Shown: positions 38,997-49,953, numbered from the stretch's first letter. The stretch is DNA of 64,000 bases from an uncultured delta proteobacterium (GCA_963816145.1 CAWFJP010000004.1:1-64000); one strand, 5' to 3'. Numbers and translations: made by a program. The notes: generated by a model not told the origin, from the letters alone.

Positions 38997-41900
38997 CTAG
39001 GAGCACCGAGAATTCGCCAATAGGCTGTATCGATTCAAACTCGATCCTTGATTCGCCGGCTGCAAAAGCGAGAAGCGCGGCCAGTCATAGCCGGTTATCG
39101 ATGCCGGCGCGCCGGCTTTATCGGCAAAATACAGCGGGCTTGGCAACAGTCCTCCCGGTTGCAGTGGCAGGCCATCGCGGCCACCGAGCACCAAGCTGCT
39201 GGCTTTTCCTCCAGCGAATCTTGCCGCACATGACGCGCGCAGAAGTTCCGTGGCTTGCAGTGGCGTCTCCGGCAATTGGACGACACTGCCGCTGACATCC
39301 GTGAACGTCGCCTGAATATCGATCGTTCCGGAGGTGCTCAGAGCCGACGAGGCGCTGACGATGGTATCGGAAGGAAGAAAAACATTGGCGAAGATGTTGA
39401 TGTTACCGCCCGGTCCTCCGAAGGCATCGGCGCGGATCTGACTATCGTTCAAAATAATAAAATCAAACGGCTGAGCCGCGGAGCCAATCGTGATGTTGCC
39501 TCCTGAACCGATGCCGCTTGCCACGCTGGTGGTGATTTGGCTGTCGGTCAGAAAAATCATTGATCCTGTGGTGGTGATAGAGATATTGCCGCCATCCGCC
39601 AGCGTGGCCTCCGTCGTGATGCTACCGCTCTGCATGGCGAGATCGCTGGTTACGATATTGATATTTCCGGCCGTGGCCGACGCGCTACCGGTGCTGTTCG
39701 CCGACATCGTCGCTCCGTCAAGGATTTGAACCTGCGGCGCTTGAACATTGATATCGCCCCCGGCCCCTGTGTTTGACGCCGTGCTGAACAGCCCAGTTCC
39801 TTGACCGGAGATCGAGGCCGAGTTGGCCGCTACGATAACTATATCTCCTCCCGACCCACTGCCGCTTGTGCTGCTATCAACCCTAGAGCCACCCGTTTGC
39901 GTAAAGTTGGTCACGTTCAGCGAGATATTGCCGGCATTACCCGCTCCCTCGGTCGCCACCGAGATCGTGCCGCCATCGCCCATCGTCAATGTCGGTGTAG
40001 TGACGGTGATCTCCCCGGCGTTCCCGGTGTTCGACGCCGTGCTGAACAGCCCGCCGCCACTGCCGGAGATCGACATGGCATCGGCCGCCGTGACTGTCAC
40101 ACTGCCACCTTGACCGGCACCGTCGGTATTGCTCACTACCTGAGCCCCGCCGGTTAAACTCAATTTGTTTGCCATCAGCCTAACGCTTCCCGCGTCACCT
40201 GATCCCGATGTCGCCACCGAAATCTTTGCTCCATCGGCCATCGTCAACGTCGGCACAGCCGTCAAGCCTGGCGCAGAAACGGTAATCTGTCCCGCATTCC
40301 CCGTGCTCGATGCCGTGCTCAACAAACCACTGCCGGCACCCGAAATGGAAACCAGTTCGCTCGCCGTCACTGCAAGCGTCCCGCCGGCGCCACCGCCCGT
40401 CGTGCTACTCGCAATCTGCGACCCGCTGCCAAGAGTCAAGTTACTCACGCTGAGAGAGATATTGCCGGCATTACCCGCTCCCTCGGTCGCCACCGAGATC
40501 GTGCCGCCATCGCCCATCGTCAACGTCGGTGTAGTGACGGTGATCTCCCCGGCGTTCCCGGTGTTCGACGCCGTGCTGAACAGCCCGCCGCCATTGCCGG
40601 AGATCGACATGGCATCGGCCGCCGTGACTGTCACACTGCCACCTTGACCGGCACCGTCGGTATTGCTCACTACCTGAGCCCCGCCGGTTAAACTCAATTT
40701 GTTTGCCATCAGCCTAACGCTTCCCGCGTCACCTGATCCCGATGTCGCCACCGAAATCTTTGCTCCATCGGCCATCGTCAACGTCGGCACAGCCGTCAAG
40801 CCTGGCGCAGAAACGGTAATCTGTCCCGCATTCCCCGTGCTCGATGCCGTGCTCAACAAACCGCTGCCGGCACCCGAAATGGAAACCAGTTCGCTCGCCG
40901 TCACTGCAAGCGTCCCGCCGGCGCCACCGCCCGTCGTGCTACTCGCAATCTGCGACCCGCTGCCAAGAGTCAAGTTACTCACGCTGAGAGAGATATTGCC
41001 GGCATTACCCGCTCCCTCGGTCGCCACCGAGATCGTGCCGCCATCGCCCATCGTCAATGTCGGTGTAGTGACGGTGATCTCCCCGGCGTTCCCGGTGTTC
41101 GACGCCGTGCTGAACAGCCCGCCGCCATGCCGGAGATCGACATCGATCCGCTCGCCGTGACTGTCACACTGCCACCTTGACCGGCACCACTTGTGCTGCT
41201 CTCGATCCGTGCGCCTCCCGTCTGCGTGAGGTTACCAATATTCAGCAATACGTTGCCGGCGTTGCCCTCACCTAACGTGGCAACCGTGATGGTGCCGTTG
41301 TCCATGTGAAGCGTGTCGCCGACGATGTTAATGTTGCCCGCATTCCCGGGAGTCCCGCCCAGGATAGCTGATGTTCCGGTGCTTGCGGCGGAGACGATGG
41401 CGCCGCCGCTGATCTGGAGCGAACCGGTGTCGAGGCTGATGTTGCCGCCGGCGCCGGAAGTCGCGGTGGTGCTGAAGATGCCGCTGCTCGGACTGCCGGT
41501 GAACGTAATACTCCCTACGCCGTCGGCCGGGCCCACTCCGTCGATCATCACCGAGCCCGGCGCGTTGATCGTGATGTTGCCGCCGGCGCCGGGCGCCACG
41601 ATTTGACTGCTGCTCGCGATCTGCGCTCCGTTCATCAGGCTTACCGTGTTGGCGTTCACCAGAATTGGGCCGGCGTTCCCCGCGCCCAGCGTGCTCGTGT
41701 TGATATATCCCGCGTCCATAGACAGGCTTTTTGCGGCGAACTCCATGGCGCCAGCGTTTTGCGAGAAGGCTTGACTCTCGATGCCGGCAAGGCCGGAGAT
41801 CGTGATGGAGTCCGTCGCCGTGATCCGCATGCTTTTCCCTGGCTCCGCGCCTGAACCGCCGCTGCGAATCTTCGCCTGGTCGCCGAGAAACACGTTGCCG

Positions 41901-43194
41901 GCGCTAAGCGCGATATTCCCGGCGAAGGGGAGTTCTCCGGTCAGCGGATCGGGGAAGATGGCGAACGTTCCAGTCGAAATCACGCCGTTGGGTCCAGAAA
42001 TCGTCACGGTGTTGGCGGCGTTGATGGTGATGTCGCTGCCGCTGGCGTTTGAACTCGTCCGGATCGTACCGTTGAGGATGTCGGCACTGCCAACGTTGAT
42101 ATCGATGTTCCCGGTGCGACCGGCGCCGATTGCCAGAGACTCGATAGCGGAAAAATCCGTCACCGTCAGATTCCCCGTCGCGATCGAGATGCCGCTGGCG
42201 TCGCCTGCTCCTAACGACTCCGTCCGGATCGTTGCGCCATTGCCAAGAACGATCGAGTCGGTTGCGCGCAGGTCGATGCCCACCGGGGCGCCGGCCGCGT
42301 CGACCGTGTCGGTCAAGAGCACCGCGCCGCTGTCCAAGATTAGTTTGCCGCTCCGGATAACTACAGTGCCGCCCCCTAGAAGCGGATCGAAGGTCGGGGC
42401 GAAGGTGGTGCCGGCGGTAATTCCCCCGCCCGAAATGCTCACCTGCCCGAGGCTGGCAAATGATCCGAGATTCAAGTCTTGGGCGTTCAAGAGCGCATTG
42501 CCCGGGGAGGCGACGCTGCCAATTTGCACGAGGCCGCCCGGTGCGATTAGGACCCCGCCATCGATTTGTACATCGCCGCCGACCAGTGCAAGCGTCTGAC
42601 CGGGATCGACCGCAAGCACAGCCCCTTGAACAGATATTGGAGCGGGAGCACTGCTAAGAAAGCCAAAGGCCTGCGGCGGCGCCGACGTGAGCTGGCTGAG
42701 TTCCCCGGCCACCGGTGTAGCGGAAAAGATGGCACCGTCCGCAAGCCTGATGTTGTCGGCCGTGCTCACGCGAAAGGCGCCGCCAACGTCGAGGCTGGCC
42801 CCCGACGTGAACAGCACCCCGCTCGGGTTGAGAAGGAAGAAGTTAGCGTTCGGCATCGCCGCCCGGGTGCTGATCAGGCCGTCGATTATGGACTGTTGTC
42901 CGCCCGTTACTCGGCTCAAGATATTGGCGATTGAGCTTGGCCCGAGAAAGGTCGCGCTCCCGCCCGTCGGCACATTGAACAGACCGAAGCTGTGGAAAAG
43001 ATTGTTCCCTCTGATTGTCCCCCGTCGATGCTGTAGGCATCGACGAAGCGGCCCACCACGGTTCCCAGCGTTCCGTCAGCCGTGATCGCCGGTGCCTGGG
43101 CGACGCTTGCAGTTGGCCACAGCAGCAGCACGATGAGCGCTGCAGCAGCCTTGAGACACGCGCCTCGCTCACCCGCTAGGCGGTGCGACACCAT
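38997..43194 (-). CDS. TpsA filamentous-haemagglutinin-family exoprotein (about 1400 aa), split by two single-base frameshifts
   Basis: RBS AGGAGG, ATG 43194, signal peptide, ITADGTLGT..IDGG | NLFHSF..NILSRVTGG..NFFLLNPSG (TPS domain), GGNI-type beta-helix repeats, C-terminal SC..SSLVLGGRDGLP motif. Frameshifts at 43019-43023 (C5 run) and 41128. Confidence 0.85.
39922..41188. repeat. Near-identical 534-bp (178 aa) tandem repeat, about 2.4 copies, inside tpsA
   Basis: CCATCGCCCATCGTCAA recurs at 39973, 40507 and 41041. Confidence 0.9.
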
Positions 43195-43267
43195 ACATTT
43201 CCTCCTATCCAGCGCATGGGCCGTCGCGGCCGTCCGAGACCGATAGCAGTCTCGCCCGAGGGTCATC

Positions 43268-44577
43268 TCATTGGAAGATCGACGCCGTAACGAGGTCGCT
43301 ACCGGTGTCGGATCCCACGGCGAGTTCGACGGCTACCTGGTCGGGCAGCAACTCAGTGAGATTAACGCCGTGCACGGCCGCAGCGAACGTCCATGGACCG
43401 GCCGGATTCGTGCCGCGCGTGAATGTCGCGGCAATATCGACACCGTCCCACTGGCCGATGAAGGTGAAAAGCCTTCCTTGCAGGGACCGCTTGAACTTGC
43501 CCGGCGGGATTCTCAGCTGGTACTTGCCGCCAATATCCAAGTGGACCTCCTCCTTGTCTGGATTGATGCCATCGCTGGTCTTGGGTATGTCCAGCGTGAA
43601 GCGCGCGTCCAGCGCGAAGTTTTTGCGATAGACCAACAGGTGCCGCACCTCCATGCTGTCGAGCGGTGGAAGAACAGTGTTGGCAATGAGCAGCTCTGTC
43701 GGCTTAAACCCCTGAAGCGCCGCTTCCGGCGCGTCAATGGTCCCCCAGGTGGCTGGAAGGGTGACCCGGTTACTGGGCCTCTTGATGCTTATGTTTATCC
43801 TCGTCCTGAGACGCGTCCGGCAAGTCGCCTGCGCCCGTGTCACACTTGTGCTGCACCGTCTCGGTGATCTGGGTGTTGAACGACTTCGTCAAGCTTGTCG
43901 CCGTGAACTTGCACGTCGAGGTACCGGTGCAGGACGACGGCAACGACACCAGGACATCGCCGGTGCCGGCGCCCGGCGTGGCGTTGATCACATCTTGGGC
44001 GACGCGGTCGGAATCACTGATTGCCGGCACACCCGGGATGATCCCCACGGCACGGGCCCCGGCGGCCGCCTTGAGCCCGCTCGCCTCCGCCGTCATCGAG
44101 ATCGTATCGCCGTTGGGGCTGGCGGCCTGGGTCCCGGTGAAGGAGCCGGCCATGTAGACGCCGGCGGGGTAGCCAACGTTTGTTGGTTTGTCCAGGATGA
44201 AGTCGGTCCAATGAGTCGTTGCGACAACCTCCATCCGGCACGGATTCGTCGTAGGTGCAGCCGGCCGTCGCGGTGGCGGTTAACGTCGTAGGGCTGAACG
44301 TGATCTTCTGAAGGGTCCCGGACTGCGAGGCAGTCACCGTCCCGGAGATAGTGAATCCTTTGTAGGTGAAACTCGGGATTGTCAGTGTCGTAGTTCTGGT
44401 GGTGCCGGGAGCCGTCGTTCCTGGCCCTTTCGTATTCGTGGTGGTGGACGCGTCAGATGCGCAGTCCGGCACGCAGAATCTGACTTCCAAGGCCTCCACG
44501 CTCAACGGAACTGCCGAGAGGAAGAGAAGTGTTATAAGAAACAGACTGATATTTGGCCAACGAGTAATTGCCTGCAT
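43268..44577 (-). CDS. Secreted Thr/Cys-rich hypothetical protein (about 435 aa), split by two frameshifts
   Basis: RBS GGAGG plus ATG 44577, signal peptide ending VEA. ORFs 44014-44670, 43770-44234 and 43268-43843 read as one protein with frame switches near 44250 and 43835. Confidence 0.65.
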
Positions 44578-44670
44578 TATCGTCCTCCATTCTGTGAACA
44601 TCATCGGTATCTTTGCCCTGTCCGAAGCGATCCCTGGTCGCGGCGTTCCATTTGCCGCGCCCTGACCCAC

Positions 44671-46476
44671 TTAGGGATTTAAGTCGACCGCTCGGATACT
44701 GTTGTTGATCAAATCCGCTATATATAGCAGCTCGCCGCTGGCATCGACAGCGACAGCGACCGGCGAATTGAGCTTCGCCGCAGTCGCCGGGCCGCCATCG
44801 TCTTCGACTGAGTAACCTGCCGTCCCATTCCCGGCCACAGTTGTGATCACTCCCGCGGTAGATACACGCCGGATCCGATGGTTGTCGGTGTCGGCGATGT
44901 AAAGAGTGCCGTCAGACGCGACCGCCAGCCCGGACGGTGATTCGAGCTTCGCGGCAGTTGCCGGGCCGCCATCGCCGCATGGGTCAGTGGAGATAGGACA
45001 GGCATCCCCCGTTCCAGCGACCGTCGTGACGCTGCCGCCGCTGACCTTACGGATCTTGTTGTTGCCCTCGTCAGCGATGTAGACGTTCCCGGAGCTGTCG
45101 ACCGCGACGCCCAACGGTGAGTTGAGCTTAGACCCCGCGACGGGGCCGTCAACATTGCCAGTCTCTCCGGTCCCGGTCCCGGCTACAGCACTTATGATTC
45201 CGGTGCCCGCGGCGACCTTTCGGACCTGCTGATTCATCGTGTCAGCGATGTAGATGTTGCCGGCGGCGTCAACCGCTACGCCCCTTGGATTGAACAGCTC
45301 CGCCTCCGTCGCAGGCCCGACGTTGACGGCGACACCAGAATTGTTCGGCGGTGTCCTGCCCACAGTTACCCCCGCCACCGTGCTGATAATTCCACCCGCG
45401 ACCTTGCGGACGATGTTATTACCCGAGTCAGCGATGAACAGATCTCCGTTCCGCACCGCGACACCGGTCGGACTGTTGAGTTGCGCGCTATCGGCGGCGA
45501 TGCCGTCGCCGTTGTAACCGGCCTCGCCGGTCCCGGCCACTAACGTAATCGTCGGCGCCTCGCCGCTGCTTCGTTTCCACACCCTATGGCTGTTGCGATC
45601 GGCGATGTAGAGGTTCCCGGTGGCGTCGACGGCGACGCCGAAGGGAAAGTTGAGGTTGTCCGCCACGGTGGTGATGCGTGGCGTTAGAGTGAAACTTCCC
45701 GCTTTGACTAATACCCACGAGTTAAAATTAGCGTCCCCTGCGTCAGCGATGGCCAGTTTGATATGGTTCGTCTGGCCGAAATTGACCGGTGCCGTCATTG
45801 TCAGGACCACCGTCAGACCGTCGGCTTGGATGTTGATCGGGCAGCCTGGTTGGCATTCATTATTGATGAAAAACTGCGGATTCTGCGGATTCGTGCCAAT
45901 TGGGTTGCCCCCATTCACGGTGTTGATCGATACGGGAGTCACCCCGTCCGGGAGCACAGCGCGGTTGACCCCGTTGACGAAGAAACCGAACACATCGTTA
46001 AAGCCCGCGTTGGCATACTCGCTATACTCCTCCGATGCAAAGACATATTGAAAGGTGACCGCACTGCCGCTAGGGACGAAGTCGAATTCGAGGACGGCGG
46101 CGTCGTAGGTGGTAAAGCCTGAAATCGTGTTTAGATCCAGATCCCCTGCTGTGTTATAAATATCTGCCCGACTTGGGCTGTCGTTCGGACCGGCCACGGA
46201 CGCCACACTTCCAGAACTCAGGATGGTCCCGCTTTCAAAGCCGATAAGTCCTGTACCGCCAGTAAAGGAGCCGAGGGCCCCAGGGTTGCCTGTGCACGTA
46301 GCGTTAGAAACCGTAATCCCCGGCCCCACTAAATTTTGGGCTAAAGTGGCACAGGTTGCTGGCGTCGTTACGAGCTGGGCGTGAGCTGAAGAAGTCATTG
46401 CACCAATACCGACCAAAGATAACCAGACCCCAAGCAGTCGCAGCGCCAGCGCCCTGATTATTTTGCGTGTCTTCAT
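44671..46476 (-). CDS. Secreted protein: choice-of-anchor L-like domain plus NHL-repeat beta-propeller
   Basis: Signal peptide ending AHA, YDAAVLEFDFVP..FQYVFASEEYSEY..FNDVFGFFVNG..HIKLAIADAGD, then repeated P.GVAVD..GN.YIAD. Confidence 0.88.
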   Translation of the reverse strand: MKTRKIIRALALRLLGVWLSLVGIGAMTSSAHAQLVTTPATCATLAQNLVGPGITVSNATCTGNPGALGSFTGGTGLIGFESGTILSSGSVASVAGPNDSPSRADIYNTAGDLDLNTISGFTTYDAAVLEFDFVPSGSAVTFQYVFASEEYSEYANAGFNDVFGFFVNGVNRAVLPDGVTPVSINTVNGGNPIGTNPQNPQFFINNECQPGCPINIQADGLTVVLTMTAPVNFGQTNHIKLAIADAGDANFNSWVLVKAGSFTLTPRITTVADNLNFPFGVAVDATGNLYIADRNSHRVWKRSSGEAPTITLVAGTGEAGYNGDGIAADSAQLNSPTGVAVRNGDLFIADSGNNIVRKVAGGIISTVAGVTVGRTPPNNSGVAVNVGPATEAELFNPRGVAVDAAGNIYIADTMNQQVRKVAAGTGIISAVAGTGTGETGNVDGPVAGSKLNSPLGVAVDSSGNVYIADEGNNKIRKVSGGSVTTVAGTGDACPISTDPCGDGGPATAAKLESPSGLAVASDGTLYIADTDNHRIRRVSTAGVITTVAGNGTAGYSVEDDGGPATAAKLNSPVAVAVDASGELLYIADLINNSIRAVDLNP

Positions 46477-47425
46477 CTCTTTGCACTCCTTTTTATTAGT
46501 CTCTTTTCTGCCTTACTGTCCTTTCTTGGTCCAGGGTCCCAAGTGGCGGCCAGTGCAGGCAGAGCCGTTTCCAATCATAGAAAGCTAGCGATCAACAAAA
46601 CATGAAACCTATTGAGCGAGTTCCTTTTGATGATGTGTTTCCCTATCGAAGTTCGCACTTGTGTAAGCGATTTTGGCAACATCCATTCCTGCTTACTTTC
46701 GGCCCATTATTATCCTCAATAATAGAAACTTGAATAGAAACTTGGACCGCGACTGCTTCACCTATCTTCCCTTTTCCTATTAGTTCGGTACGGAAAGACC
46801 GCCCGTCTCCCAAACCGCTCTTCCTTAGCCTACGTGCGAAGCCGAACGGCTGTGTAACTCCGCTTTAACGTTTGGCTCTCTTGCCGATAATGAATTCAAG
46901 ACTTAAATCTAGTTTCATCAAACCTCGACGGTCAACGGGGCTCTATTCCAACCGTACCGATTCACTACCGTCGTGCTGACAATCCACGGTCACGAACCAA
47001 CACGATCGCAAGTGGAGGACCACCCGGGAACGATCGCAGTGTCAACTCCCTAAGGTTTTCAGGGTACGCACGAGAGGAGTGATTGGCCGATCTTCACCGT
47101 AATCCACACTTGAATATTCGTTGTGGCCCCTATATCGCCGCCGCAATGGCCCTGTCAACCCCCACCGATCTGCGGCGCCGAGGCGTTTCTAAATAACTTC
47201 TCCAACGGGTTTTCCCGAGCGCCTCTAGCCGGGATGTCATGCACCCATGGTTATCAACTCTACAATTCAACTGTGCGCGACGAATCCCAAACTAAACAAC
47301 CTCGGTCAAGGCAGAATTTCGCTCGGCTAACCACCGCAGCGACACGCAACACCGCCGATCCGCTGCGCGTACAAAGAGCTTTACGTTGAAGAAACATCCA
47401 CCGAACTACCCGCGCATTTAACTAC

Positions 47426-47440
47426 GCACAGTTCATGCCA
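47426..47440 (-). promoter_or_regulatory. Sigma54 promoter facing the secreted-protein/TPS operon
   Basis: Minus strand TGGCATGAACTGTGC with correct GG-N10-GC spacing. Confidence 0.6.
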
Positions 47441-47520
47441 ATAATTGTCATTCATGACTAATGCGAAAAGCATTAATAATTCATTTCATCCACTCGGTAT
47501 ACGGGTTCAGATTAAGATGA

Positions 47521-47560
47521 TGTAAACTTTTGGTTACAGGGCTGTAAACGAAAGGACTCA
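47521..47560. promoter_or_regulatory. Putative enhancer (bEBP upstream activator sequence)
   Basis: Palindrome TGTAAACTTTTGGTTACA plus a second TGTAAAC 22 bp later, 80-120 bp upstream of the sigma54 box. Confidence 0.5.
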
Positions 47561-47562
47561 GC

Positions 47563-48145
47563 TTATTTTTCGTCCAACGCAATCACACCGTCCCACGCTT
47601 CGCCGGGCGGATTAGTCTTGTACTCTTCACAAAGCATTAAAAATAGAAGCGCGCCGCGCCGTCGGCCTGCTAGATTTCAAGGCCGCGATGAAGCTTTGCT
47701 TCCGCTTCATCTCATGATCGCCGCTTAAACACACTCAGGGCCGCAGCGAAAAGCTGGTAGGATTGTTGGTGCCGGTCGTCATTGCCCTCGAGACTGCCCA
47801 ATAGTTCGTGCACGACTATAGGCAGTGCCTTACCTTTAGGCATTAGGGTGCCCACTTCGCGGGCAGCCAGTCTAGCTTCACCAGACCAGCGCCTCGGTTC
47901 CCAAGTAGTCATTGAGGCTGTCCAGCCGCGAGGCCGTGTTGACCGTATCGCCGGTGGGTGCCAGCCGCCTAACTGATTGCCCGAGCGAACAACTTATCGT
48001 CCTCAGCGACTCGGGGCTCCAGGGAATGCACGTCGAAAGTCACGATAACAGCGCCCTGTGCGGATAAAATGTTGACTAAGCGCGCGTGCAGCGAGCGCGG
48101 CCACTTTTCGGAATTCTCAGCAACGCCAAGTTGGTGCAGGCGAGC
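47563..48145 (-). pseudogene. Collapsed CHASE2-adenylate/guanylate cyclase gene
   Basis: WPRSLHARLVNILSAQGA..FDV (CHASE2 start) abuts GDTVNTASRLDSLN..KGKALPIVVHEL..PPGEAWDGVIALDEK* (cyclase end). Large internal deletion, stops and frameshifts. Confidence 0.8.
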
Positions 48146-48252
48146 GGGCAATCCCGGCCAACACCCGCTGATTGCGCAGTGCGCGGCATTTGCCGCTGAT
48201 TTCGTTCATTGCGCAGGCATGGTAGTAGTATCTAAGGAATGAGGATTCGACC

Positions 48253-49161
48253 GTGGAATCGCTAATCCAACAATACGCCGCGCACCTGCGCAATGAGCGC
48301 AACCTGTCGGCGCACACGTTGCGCAATTACCTGAGCGACTTGGCGCAGTTCCAAAGTTTTCTGCGCGAGCGGGAGCTGGCGCTCGATGCCGACGGTGCGG
48401 TCGTTGCCGGCAAAGTCGATATTCACGTGGTGCGAGCCTACCTGGCTTCGCTGGCGGCGGATCGCAAGAAGAGTTCCATCGGCCGCAAGCTGGCGGCGTT
48501 GAAAGGCTTCTTTCGCTACCTGGTGACGACCAAGCGGCTCGACCATGATCCGCTGCTGTTGATCAACTCGCCGAAGCAGGAAAAGCCGCTGCCCAAGTTT
48601 CTCACCGTCGACGACGCGTTTCATTTACTCGATGCGGTGAAGCTTGAGAATGGCCTTGATCTGCGCGATCGCGCCGTGTTGGAAGTATTTTATTCCACCG
48701 GGATTCGCGTCAGCGAGCTGGTCGGACTTGACTGGGCCGATATCGACGTCCAATTGGGCATCGTCCGTGTGGTCGGCAAAGGTTCAAAGGAGCGCATCGT
48801 GCCGATCGGCGCGCTGGCGCTGAAATCTTTAGAATCCTATGGTGACTCGGTGCGCCAGCAGTGGCAGGTGTCCTGTCGCGGCGAAACACCGGTGTTTCTC
48901 AACCATCGCGGCCGGCGTATCACGACGCGTAGCGTCGCGCGCATCGTCGAGAAACATCTAAAGCTGGCGGGCATTCAAATCAAAATGGGCCCCCATGGCC
49001 TGCGCCATAGCTTCGCCACTCATTTACTCAACGGTGGCGCCGACCTGAGAGTGATTCAGGAGCTGCTCGGTCATGTCAGCCTATCGACGACGCAGCGCTA
49101 TACCCACTTGAACTTGGATCAACTGACCGCGGTGTACGACAAGGCGCATCCGCGGGCGTGA
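48253..49161 (+). CDS. xerC: Tyrosine recombinase XerC
   Basis: GIRVSEL, GKGSKER, HGLRHSFATHLL..LGHVSLSTTQRYTH..YDKAHPRA, upstream of hslVU. Confidence 0.93.
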   Translation: MESLIQQYAAHLRNERNLSAHTLRNYLSDLAQFQSFLRERELALDADGAVVAGKVDIHVVRAYLASLAADRKKSSIGRKLAALKGFFRYLVTTKRLDHDPLLLINSPKQEKPLPKFLTVDDAFHLLDAVKLENGLDLRDRAVLEVFYSTGIRVSELVGLDWADIDVQLGIVRVVGKGSKERIVPIGALALKSLESYGDSVRQQWQVSCRGETPVFLNHRGRRITTRSVARIVEKHLKLAGIQIKMGPHGLRHSFATHLLNGGADLRVIQELLGHVSLSTTQRYTHLNLDQLTAVYDKAHPRA

Positions 49162-49166
49162 AGGAG

Positions 49167-49252
49167 TAGGCAATAGCCAACAGGCATTAGGCAATAGTTC
49201 AAAACTCCGAGCGAAGTCATTTCTTAACTGGTGCCTAGTGCCTGTTGCCTAA
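49167..49252. repeat. Inverted array of AGGCAAT-like heptamers
   Basis: TAGGCAATAGCCAACAGGCATTAGGCAATAG ... TGCCTAGTGCCTGTTGCCTA. Confidence 0.6.
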
Positions 49253-49264
49253 AGGATTTCAAGA

Positions 49265-49795
49265 ATGTTTGAAGGAACGACAATCTTAGCGATACGCCAT
49301 GGCGGTAAAGTGGTCGTCGTCGGCGACGGGCAGGTGAGTTTGGGGCAGACCGTGATGAAACATAGCGCGCGCAAGGTGCGCAAGCTGTATCACGACAAGG
49401 TGATCGCCGGTTTCGCCGGCGCGACGGCGGATGCGTTCACGCTGTTCGAGAAGTTCGAGGCCAAGCTCGAACAATACAATGGCAATCTGAAGCGCGCCGC
49501 GGTGGAGCTGGCTAAAGACTGGCGCACGGATCGGATTCTGCGCCGGCTCGAGGCCTTGCTGATCATCGCCGACGTGAGCGATTTGCTAGTGATCTCCGGC
49601 GCTGGCGACGTCATCGAACCGGATGACGGCGTGATCGCCATCGGCTCGGGTGGCAACTATGCGCTGGCGGCGGCGCGGGTGTTGGTCAAACATACTCAGC
49701 TCGACGCGCGCGTGATTGCCGAAGAGGCGATGCGAGTGGCCGCAGGTATCTGTGTTTACACCAACGAGCACCTGACCTTCGAAGAGCTGCCGTAG
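49265..49795 (+). CDS. hslV: ATP-dependent protease subunit HslV
   Basis: [33 protein letters not shown]. Confidence 0.97.
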   Translation: MFEGTTILAIRHGGKVVVVGDGQVSLGQTVMKHSARKVRKLYHDKVIAGFAGATADAFTLFEKFEAKLEQYNGNLKRAAVELAKDWRTDRILRRLEALLIIADVSDLLVISGAGDVIEPDDGVIAIGSGGNYALAAARVLVKHTQLDARVIAEEAMRVAAGICVYTNEHLTFEELP

Positions 49796-49953
49796 TTCCT
49801 CTCGGTGCGAGAAACTACGAATTTCAGATTTCATATTGCAAATTCCAAAGCGCGAACGCGGCAGCCAGACGAGCGGTTCAGCACTGCGAGACGGGCTTCT
49901 CGCAGGGGAAATCATTGCATTTCCTGGCGGAATTGTTAGGAGTGTTTATTCCT

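Noticed and set aside
38997-39300. TpsA as a CDI toxin
   Set aside because: No VENN/pre-toxin motif, no toxin domain and no downstream immunity gene.
39490-46051. Many plus-strand ORFs opposite tpsA and the NHL gene
   Set aside because: Antisense shadows of GC-rich repetitive coding sequence.
48253-49161. Tyrosine recombinase as the island integrase
   Set aside because: Sequence and xerC-hslV-hslU context indicate housekeeping XerC.
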